From a virus (lineage: Duplodnaviria; Caudoviricetes): DNA of 64,000 nt. Shown piece after piece: positions 56,696 to 64,000 of the stretch. Both the position numbers and the translations under genes were made by a program. The notes beneath the pieces were generated by a model. It made no database searches, was not told where the DNA came from, and saw nothing but the letters and a program-made list of their open reading frames with translations. Location: positions 192,001-256,000 of IMG/VR virus record IMGVR_UViG_3300024493_000235; one strand, written 5' to 3'. How positions within the stretch are numbered: position 1 is the first letter of the stretch; every line of letters starts with the position of its first letter.

Positions 56696-57667
56696 ATGCC
56701 AAAAAAAGACTGTACTTTGACAGTACATCTGTCAGAGAAATCAAAACGAGCGTTCTTTAACAGAATTGTTAATAAAGACAAAAAGAGAACCGCCGCTCAA
56801 ATTGTAAACAGGTTTGAAAAATTCTTCAGTAGAAAAAGAAGTTTGGGAACTGCAAAATGTATTTATTGCGGACAAACTATTTTGAAGTCAAATAAAAAGC
56901 AATGTATGTGCATATATTGTTATCTTGCAATAGGCCAATATGAACGATATGAAACACGCAGAACTAAACACATCAATATTCCTCCTGTATTCAAAAAGAT
57001 AATGGATACATATTTTACAATCGAAGGATACCTGCGATTACACAAAAAGTTGCTGCAAGATGCATATAACAGACAAATGGGAAAAGAATCTTTACACTGT
57101 AAAATGTGTGGAAAACCTCTAACCGGCAAAAATATCCGGGTATCAAGAGAATACTGTTCGGAGCGGTGCTGTCAAAAACATTACAATCTTCGGCGTCAAA
57201 AAAAGGCGAAGGAAAAATTTGCTACATGCCTTACTTGCAAAAAGAAGTTTAAAGTGACTTATCGACATAAAGTGTATTGCAGTGACAAATGCAAAGTCTT
57301 TGAAAGCGATACATCCTTCTTAGAAGCTGCTAAAGTGTGCCCGATATGCGGAGGCGAGTTTAGTAATTCTATATCGCAGAAGAAATACTGTTCAGAAAAG
57401 TGTGCGAAAGTTGCTGCGTCAAGGTGCACTCAAAAAAGTCGTAAGAAACGGCTAAAAGACCCAAAAGTACTTGCAGAATTTCAAAAGCGTCAACGAGAAT
57501 ATCGTAAGAAACGAAACAGTGAAAGAAAACGAGAGATTTTAAAATCTCTGGGTCCTCGAAAATGTAAGCAGTGTGGAAAGAGGATTCTTAAAAGCGCACA
57601 TCTACGACAGAAATTTTGTTCCAAAGATTGCAACATGCATCATTGGCGCGAGCATCATAAAAGCTAA
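56696..57667 (+). CDS. multi-Zn-finger protein 3
   Basis: GTAKCIYCG...QCMCIYC, YFTIEGYLRLH, four further repeats. Confidence 0.7.
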   Translation: MPKKDCTLTVHLSEKSKRAFFNRIVNKDKKRTAAQIVNRFEKFFSRKRSLGTAKCIYCGQTILKSNKKQCMCIYCYLAIGQYERYETRRTKHINIPPVFKKIMDTYFTIEGYLRLHKKLLQDAYNRQMGKESLHCKMCGKPLTGKNIRVSREYCSERCCQKHYNLRRQKKAKEKFATCLTCKKKFKVTYRHKVYCSDKCKVFESDTSFLEAAKVCPICGGEFSNSISQKKYCSEKCAKVAASRCTQKSRKKRLKDPKVLAEFQKRQREYRKKRNSERKREILKSLGPRKCKQCGKRILKSAHLRQKFCSKDCNMHHWREHHKS

Positions 57668-57751
57668 TCTTGATATGTCAAACCCTCAGGAATCCTGAGG
57701 GTTTTATTTTTTTTTAACATTTTATTAAACGAGACGAAAAAGGAGCAAAAT

Positions 57752-58597
57752 ATGTTTTTTCACACAAAGACAACCGATAACGCAAAACCTGCTATCGTTA
57801 TAACATTTGAATCAATGGAACCGTCGGAAATATCGTATATAAAAGACATAGGAGATGGACATATAGAATTTAACGCTTGTCTTCAAAGCGCGGAAATTAT
57901 AAACCGAAATAACAAATTTTACCCGGCTCCAGTCCTAACAGAAGCCCTTCAACAACCGAGACTTCAGGAACTTGTGAAGCGAAAAGTATGGTTTGGGGAG
58001 ATATCCCATCCATACCAAAGAAAAGACTTTCAAAGATCCGTTGACGTATTACCCGAAAGAGTATCTCATAGGGTATGCGACATTCCAACTCTTAAGGGTA
58101 ATCTCTTTTGTTCAAGAATTGAAACTGTCGACCCTATGGGAAAAACGATGGCGTCTTGGTGCAAAAGAGGATCTGTCATGGGATTCTCTATGAGAGGATT
58201 AACACCATATGAAGTTACAAAAACTTCTCCTATTGTGCATAAAGTTGTAAGGTCTCCGATGGTAATTCTTTGTTATGACGCCGTATGGTACAATAGCCAT
58301 CCTGAAGCTACGATGCAAACTTCTACAATAGAATCCAATTTCCTTGAATTTGCAAGCCTTAAGAAAACTGAAGAAATTGAGATGACATTCAATGACGTTG
58401 CCAAATACATTGCAACTGAATCAAAGAACTTCAAAATCTTTACAGAAGAGCTTGGAATTAAACTCGATACTTCAAAGACTGTAAAAGCGGCAAATGTAAA
58501 AAATTCTGTCGATGTAGTTTTGGAAGACGGAAGATTGGCTCGATTAAGAGTTGAAAACGATATTTTTTTGCAAATAGCGGAAAGTCTTAAAGGGTAA
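57752..58597 (+). CDS. prohead maturation protease (T4 gp21/phiKZ gp175-like)
   Basis: N.N...YP, GEISHP, RVSH, GFSMRG, YDAV...SH..A; late promoter at 57716-57727. Confidence 0.88.
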   Translation: MFFHTKTTDNAKPAIVITFESMEPSEISYIKDIGDGHIEFNACLQSAEIINRNNKFYPAPVLTEALQQPRLQELVKRKVWFGEISHPYQRKDFQRSVDVLPERVSHRVCDIPTLKGNLFCSRIETVDPMGKTMASWCKRGSVMGFSMRGLTPYEVTKTSPIVHKVVRSPMVILCYDAVWYNSHPEATMQTSTIESNFLEFASLKKTEEIEMTFNDVAKYIATESKNFKIFTEELGIKLDTSKTVKAANVKNSVDVVLEDGRLARLRVENDIFLQIAESLKG

Positions 58598-58601
58598 CCG
58601 T

Positions 58602-59360
58602 ATGGGACTTACAATGACATCTGCTATACGCAGAGTTCAGCAGAGAACAGGATTTCCTCGTTTTAAATTAGTCACAGAAGACGAAATAAAGGAGCAAATC
58701 GTATCAAACGTTATTCCTGAATTCACACATTACTTTCCATATAAGACATACTTTGCGATATATCCATCTCAAGATGCTGTAGACGATCAGAAGTATCCAG
58801 GTCTTTTTAAGATAGTTCCGAAAGATTGTGACATATCAAAAATATATGATGTCGGAATGTGTTTTGAAGCTGGAAGTCTTGCAGTCGGTGGATATCCAAG
58901 AGATGCACTCAGAAATGTATATGGTTCATTCGGTTTTGGAGGCGGACCTGGTGCTGTTTTGTATGCACAACTTCATGCCAATATTGCAAGTATGACACAA
59001 GTTCAACAAATTACATGTGAATACATACAACCGAATCTTGTACAGATATATCCTAAAAGGCGCAATTGGGTTGCAGCAGGTCAACAGATTGTTATAGAAC
59101 TTCTTGTGTATCATTCTGAAGACTTGAAAACCATTCCCAATAGCTATGAGCAAGAATTTTTGAAAATGGCTGTATTGTATACAAAAGCTCTAATATACGA
59201 CAAATACAAAGACCTTGATGCCGAAACATATGCAGGACATCAGGTGAGAACGATGGTGCAAGCATATTCTGATTCCGAAGACAAGATTGAAGATCTCAAA
59301 AAAGAGTGGGATGAAGAATATGTATTTAATCCTGACCGTCTCGATTTTTATGTTGTATAA
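58602..59360 (+). CDS. putative neck/head-completion virion protein
   Basis: follows the protease; +..F..YFP, H..DL.TIP.SY...F...A....K..+Y. Confidence 0.55.
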   Translation: MGLTMTSAIRRVQQRTGFPRFKLVTEDEIKEQIVSNVIPEFTHYFPYKTYFAIYPSQDAVDDQKYPGLFKIVPKDCDISKIYDVGMCFEAGSLAVGGYPRDALRNVYGSFGFGGGPGAVLYAQLHANIASMTQVQQITCEYIQPNLVQIYPKRRNWVAAGQQIVIELLVYHSEDLKTIPNSYEQEFLKMAVLYTKALIYDKYKDLDAETYAGHQVRTMVQAYSDSEDKIEDLKKEWDEEYVFNPDRLDFYVV

Positions 59361-59387
59361 TAATTCGGGGCCAGTTTAGGCCCCGAA

Positions 59388-59529
59388 TTATATATCTATG
59401 ATCCGTAACAATGAAAATTATGATTATATATAATATATATGAGAAATAAGAAATTAAGATTATACTGTTTGGAATCGTCGATTCGTGCAGGTAACAAGTA
59501 TTTCTTAGAGTATCAAAGGATAAAAAGAT
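59388..59529 (+). promoter_or_regulatory. conserved 18-bp box plus early promoter plus structured 5' leader (copy 2)
   Basis: homologous to 17469-17607 with covarying stems. Confidence 0.8.
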
Positions 59530-60267
59530 ATGGATCCGAAAAAAGAATTGACTGTTAATAACTTGGAAATAACCACTGAAAAATATGATGAGCCGACACA
59601 GAGAAAAAAGTCTGACGGTTGGAAATTCAGGGTATACAATTCCGAGCTTTTAACAACCTCAAATGTGTGGTTCATTTCCGGGCATAGTGGCTCAGGAAAA
59701 ACCTCACTAGCAAGTGAACTTGCAAAACGTTTCGGGCGTGAAAGATTTGAATTGGACTGGTTTGAATCTTTCGACGACGGTTTTACCGACACGAGGAATC
59801 CTGGTTACATCGTGCTTAAAGACTTCTATAAGGCAAGAAATCTTACACCGGAAATTGTAAAAAACACATACGACCATGCGTACGATAAACTCCTTGTTGA
59901 TCTTATTCAGTATGCAATGATTCATCCGGTTTATAAAGGTAAGAAAATTATCATCGAGGGTTTGCAATTTATCGCTAAGTTTTATCTTATTTCCAAAATA
60001 CGTAACGGCGATTTGTACATAAACTATCCTGTTATTATTCTGGATGTATCGGATGAACAGGCTATGAGTAATGCATACTACAGGCCGAGTAATGGAAAAT
60101 TGTCGTGGAGTGAATTCGTAAAGGCAAGAAGAAACATGTACAGAAATTGGGAAAGCGCGTACAGGAGATTCTTGGAACTTGTCAAGAGAGAAAGACTTAT
60201 TCACATCACAAGATTCTACAGAACTTCAGCATCATTGGATTTCTTTATAGCTGATTTATCAGTTTAA
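59530..60267 (+). CDS. P-loop kinase/NTPase (nucleotide-kinase-like)
   Basis: ISGHSGSGKTSLA, ELD, IIIEG. Confidence 0.7.
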   Translation: MDPKKELTVNNLEITTEKYDEPTQRKKSDGWKFRVYNSELLTTSNVWFISGHSGSGKTSLASELAKRFGRERFELDWFESFDDGFTDTRNPGYIVLKDFYKARNLTPEIVKNTYDHAYDKLLVDLIQYAMIHPVYKGKKIIIEGLQFIAKFYLISKIRNGDLYINYPVIILDVSDEQAMSNAYYRPSNGKLSWSEFVKARRNMYRNWESAYRRFLELVKRERLIHITRFYRTSASLDFFIADLSV

Positions 60268-60355
60268 AAACATAGAGCTGCGTAATGCAGCTCTATGTTA
60301 TTTTTTTATAAATATATTTTTAAGTATATATAATATGCAAAAAGGAGAGATACAA

Positions 60356-61036
60356 ATGACAGTTGAAAACGAAAATATTGTAAGTATGTATGTCAATAAG
60401 TTAATTGACGATACTATACAAAAAGCGAAAAATGAAAAAGAATCGAAAGAGTCTAAAGCTCGAAACTTTATCGAGTATTTAGAAAAAGCTGACATCGTTA
60501 TAGCGGATTTTTTGTTTAAGACTATAACAAAGATTATTATGTCTAACGATAGTCGAAAAACGTTTAAAATTCTGATTGATGGAGCGGAATGTGTTGATTG
60601 GGAATTTATTCGTGCAAAATTAAAAATAAACAAAGAATATAAACAATCCGCTCCACTTTCAAAAGTTGTGCAATATCAAATACGAGATATTAAAGCTTCT
60701 GATATCCCTGAAATAGAAGGAGGAGAATACTGCACTACATTTATACTTAATTGTGAATACCCCATTGTAGAACCGAGATTAAAAGAGTTCCATAAAGAGA
60801 TATTTACAATGCTTCCTGAAAAGTTTGTAATGCCTGAAACTTCTTCTAATGAAAAGTATCCTGGGAAGTATCCGAAAATGTCTGATTTAATTAAAATCTT
60901 TGAAAACAATCTTATCAGAGATTTTTGTCTTTGCGAGAAAGGATTCGAATCGGTAAATTTAAGATACGATTCTGCTGAAAAATCTTTTTCTGTAGATATA
61001 TCGTTTAAATGGGTACAGCTATCAAAAGAAAAATAA
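60356..61036 (+). CDS. hypothetical early protein
   Basis: early motif at 60325; AAGGAG SD. Confidence 0.6.
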   Translation: MTVENENIVSMYVNKLIDDTIQKAKNEKESKESKARNFIEYLEKADIVIADFLFKTITKIIMSNDSRKTFKILIDGAECVDWEFIRAKLKINKEYKQSAPLSKVVQYQIRDIKASDIPEIEGGEYCTTFILNCEYPIVEPRLKEFHKEIFTMLPEKFVMPETSSNEKYPGKYPKMSDLIKIFENNLIRDFCLCEKGFESVNLRYDSAEKSFSVDISFKWVQLSKEK

Positions 61037-61068
61037 AAATACGGGGCCGCAGTGGCCCCGTATGGTTT

Positions 61069-61791
61069 TTAATACGACTTGTATTCTGTACTGCCACATT
61101 TCCATGAGCCGTTTTCCATTTTAATAGCTGTATCAAGAAGTGATTTATTTGGAAGTAAGGTTTTAGGATAATCATGCAGAATCTCTCCGGTGTCACCAGC
61201 TATAGCTACAAATTCGGGATTAACATTTCCTTTTACACGAATTTGCACATCACGTTTTTCGAACTGTATAGCCCTTTCATTGTCTGTAAAGACAATGCTG
61301 CCATTTTTTTCAAGCTCAGCAAGACGTTCATCTAAGTCTTTATCTTCACGATTCGGGCTCTGTGCAACTTTTGCTTGTTTCTTAAATTGTTCTTGAGCGT
61401 TTGTTACATCAGATTTACGTTCAATAATAAGTTTTTGAAACTCCCTAGCAAGATTTGCAGCATTTGTATTATCGTCCACATTTTTGTTTTTCTGTAAGGA
61501 TAACTGCGCTATTTTTAGCTTATTTGACAATGTCTGGTTTAATGCTTGGTTTTTGCCATTATACATGGAAGAAAGGGTTTCAAGTTCAGAACTTATAAAA
61601 GATATACTTCCTCTTCCAAAAAGGCCACCTTCATCGTTGAAATATTTGGTATTAACGTCATTTTCAATCTTTTGAATAACGTTACCCATATTGTCAATAT
61701 TTGTATATAATTCTTCCAAATCTGGACGGAAAAATTCAGGGTTTAATACAGTTTCTTCGTTTAAAACTTCAGGCAGTCTTTTTTTCGCCAT
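61069..61791 (-). CDS. hypothetical late coiled-coil protein
   Basis: AACA-TACAAA-TA at 61817-61828 (-). Confidence 0.6.
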   Translation of the reverse strand: MAKKRLPEVLNEETVLNPEFFRPDLEELYTNIDNMGNVIQKIENDVNTKYFNDEGGLFGRGSISFISSELETLSSMYNGKNQALNQTLSNKLKIAQLSLQKNKNVDDNTNAANLAREFQKLIIERKSDVTNAQEQFKKQAKVAQSPNREDKDLDERLAELEKNGSIVFTDNERAIQFEKRDVQIRVKGNVNPEFVAIAGDTGEILHDYPKTLLPNKSLLDTAIKMENGSWKCGSTEYKSY

Positions 61792-61863
61792 AATTTAAGC
61801 CTTCCTTTTGTGTATTTATTTGTATGTTAAAACGAGCTTTGGGTATATATAATCTAAGTAACT

Positions 61864-61940
61864 TGCAGGCAGTTTGGCTATTTCTCATTCCCCTCTCCAA
61901 TACCAATGAGATAGGTCAAACTCGCCTTGCATTTTATTTT
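61864..61940 (+). ncRNA. putative small RNA/attenuator hairpin with C-rich loop
   Basis: early promoter at 61844; long imperfect stem; loop CCCCTCTCCAATACC; U tract. Confidence 0.45.
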
Positions 61941-61958
61941 ATTAACGAGGTGACATAA

Positions 61959-62507
61959 ATGGTATATCAATTATTTCCTGGTATACAAATTCCTCTATTG
62001 AAAATTGGAGATGTGCTGGTTATTTCCGGTAAACAATTTCAGTACAGGGGGACAGTTAGGAGTCTTAAGGATATACCACAAGTAGTTGGTGTATACTTAT
62101 GTCTTGATAACAACAGTTATTATTTGCACCACAAAAAGGATGAAAATAAGGATATTATTATGGCTTACAATAAACATCATGTAGAAAATATCGCTAAAGA
62201 CGATAACCCTGTAACAAGAATTCCTGAGAATATAGAGATATTTACAGTCCCTATATATCCTGAGGACAATTTCCTTAAGATGCTTATAAAGAAAGTGTTG
62301 TACACATTAAAACTTGATACAGTTCAATACAAGAAATTGTTTATGAACGAGAATCATTACAACAATACGAAACGAAGTCTTACAAGTAAGTCTGTTCTTT
62401 CTTATGAAAAATTTTGTGAACTTCTCGATTTATTGGGGCTTACTCACACTATAACCATCTCTTATAAAGATGGATCCGATTTTACTTTTGACAAGGATAT
62501 TGTATAA
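61959..62507 (+). CDS. putative HTH (Cro/C1-like) DNA-binding protein
   Basis: C-terminal LIKKVL...YNNTKRSL....LSYEKF.ELLD.LG. Confidence 0.55.
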   Translation: MVYQLFPGIQIPLLKIGDVLVISGKQFQYRGTVRSLKDIPQVVGVYLCLDNNSYYLHHKKDENKDIIMAYNKHHVENIAKDDNPVTRIPENIEIFTVPIYPEDNFLKMLIKKVLYTLKLDTVQYKKLFMNENHYNNTKRSLTSKSVLSYEKFCELLDLLGLTHTITISYKDGSDFTFDKDIV

Positions 62508-62523
62508 AAAAGGAGGTTTTGTC

Positions 62524-62673
62524 ATGATGTACGATGATGAAAGCTGTCAGAATCATAATGGTGATGATCCTGACGATTTGTTTGACGACGAATTGGATAA
62601 TTTCAATGCTAAGGTCAGAAACGAATCTGATGAGAGAATGTACGGTTGTACAGCCGACGAATGGTTAATTTAA
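62524..62673 (+). CDS. 49-aa highly acidic protein
   Basis: AGGAGG SD; 16 D/E against 3 K/R; terminator 62680-62701. Confidence 0.6.
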   Translation: MMYDDESCQNHNGDDPDDLFDDELDNFNAKVRNESDERMYGCTADEWLI

Positions 62674-62933
62674 AATAACAGCGCCCGGCAACACCGGGCG
62701 CTTGTTTGTTGAGAAGCATACTCCGGTAGATTCCACCCACTTAAAAGACCGAAAAATAATCAAAAACCTGTCTTTTATAAAAAACCGGAAGCTGTAAGGA
62801 GTTTTTTATGAAAAAAGCAGTCTCTATAATCGCGGCGTCGATTACGGATACTATAATAATGTTTCTACCGTTATTTTTTTGCTTAAATTGTATCAAAATA
62901 ACATCTTTATAAAAATAAATGGGGAGTTTATCT

Positions 62934-64000
62934 ATGATATTAAAAAGTGATATGCCCTCAATATCCGTCGAACAATCACAAATACCGCAAAATATAACAC
63001 CAGATACTCGCCCTATCGAAAAAAGAGATAATAGAGAAGTATTAGGAAAAAGAGACCCAGATTTAGCACCTATAACAGATGCCGCTGTAAATGACGAATT
63101 ACAGCTATTACGGGATCTTTCTAATAATCAAAATGACCTCTCTAAATCTTCTCCAATTTCAAGAATGCTGGGCGGGACAAAAAACATTGTTATTTATTTT
63201 AATCAAAATACAAACAGAGCAAATAATGATAATATCAATATATCAGCTCCTGGACTTGTAAATTCCACTAAATATGATAGAATTGACAATATGATTATTT
63301 TCACAGAACAAGAACTTCAAGCTAATTTCACTGTAGAAGACGGTCATGTTGACAATCAAGTAACCTCGAGCGGAGTTATGCCCGCAGGTACAACTCCAAA
63401 ATCCGGTGACTTATTTTATTGGAATGATATAGGTGGAAGAGGTGTTCTTTTTGTTGTTACGAATCCTGTACCTTTAAGTACATTAGAATATACAGGGTGG
63501 CAAATTGAATTCCAAAGACATCACGAGCAATTCACCCCCGAAGAATTGACAAATCTTGTACAGGATTACTTTGTATTTAAATTTGAAAATCTTGGAACGG
63601 ATAGGGTTGTTGTATTACACCAAAAGATGGCGCATCTTTATGATATGGCGACCAAAATCTTAGAAGATTTTACAAATGAATATATCTTCAGGTTCTTCGA
63701 TGAACCTCGCAATATAATTCGTCTTAAACATCTTTCAAAGAAAAAACAACCATCACAATACGTTGTTTTAGGCGAGGAACATAAATTTCAAACAGGAGGA
63801 AGGGATGATATCCCTGAACTTCCACGACAAATATTTGATCCTTATATAATGCAATTTTTTTCTGATGCTTTTGCAAAAGAAAAATTATTGTATAAAGGAT
63901 ACTCTATATATCCTGTAAATCCTGTATGGACAGGGGAAGAATTTAAGACATACTATCACCATTCTATATACAATGCGATAATACATCAGAAGCCTTCGCT
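62934..64000 (+). CDS. virion structural protein (jumbo phage type), truncated by the window end
   Basis: late promoter 62900-62911; GGGGAG SD; frame reads MILKSDMPS...IYFNQ...YDRIDNM...TPKSGDLF...LFVVT. Confidence 0.65.
   Translation, partial: MILKSDMPSISVEQSQIPQNITPDTRPIEKRDNREVLGKRDPDLAPITDAAVNDELQLLRDLSNNQNDLSKSSPISRMLGGTKNIVIYFNQNTNRANNDNINISAPGLVNSTKYDRIDNMIIFTEQELQANFTVEDGHVDNQVTSSGVMPAGTTPKSGDLFYWNDIGGRGVLFVVTNPVPLSTLEYTGWQIEFQRHHEQFTPEELTNLVQDYFVFKFENLGTDRVVVLHQKMAHLYDMATKILEDFTNEYIFRFFDEPRNIIRLKHLSKKKQPSQYVVLGEEHKFQTGGRDDIPELPRQIFDPYIMQFFSDAFAKEKLLYKGYSIYPVNPVWTGEEFKTYYHHSIYNAIIHQKPS

Noticed and set aside
12495-61036. Paralogy between 12495-12908 and 60356-61036
   Set aside because: Only a weak C-terminal resemblance (I.FK[YW]); cannot be supported by eye
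1-64000. CRISPR array, transposase/integrase, reverse transcriptase, or alternative genetic code
   Set aside because: No regularly spaced repeats or such motifs seen; long core genes read through in the standard code and all three stop codons terminate genes

Overview
This window is a 64-kb segment of an AT-rich jumbo phage of the phiKZ/AR9(PBS1)-like group with split multisubunit RNA polymerases. Strong AGGAGG Shine-Dalgarno (SD) sites suggest a Firmicute-like host (inference). Core genes seen: N-terminal half of a split family-B DNA polymerase, portal, HU, primase, GroEL-like chaperonin, tail/baseplate genes, three RNAP beta/beta' fragments, UvsX/RecA, Dda-like helicase, prohead protease and neck proteins. 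Host-like cargo includes a uracil/xanthine permease, an AraC regulator, a GNAT and tRNA-Cys. Two promoter classes can be read from the DNA: TATA(T/C)AT(C/A)AT (early-type) and AACA-N6-TA (matches the AR9 late consensus). The best candidates for undescribed biology are: (1) a ~440-nt GC-rich multi-domain non-coding RNA with its own promoter and terminator, next to a five-gene paralog array; (2) a 96-nt leader present twice with five compensatory base-pair changes; (3) a likely programmed -1 frameshift in a tail/baseplate chaperone; (4) a six-member orphan DUF4160-like family; (5) a zinc-finger repeat gene cluster near tRNA-Cys. All calls come from motif recognition by eye; no searches were run.
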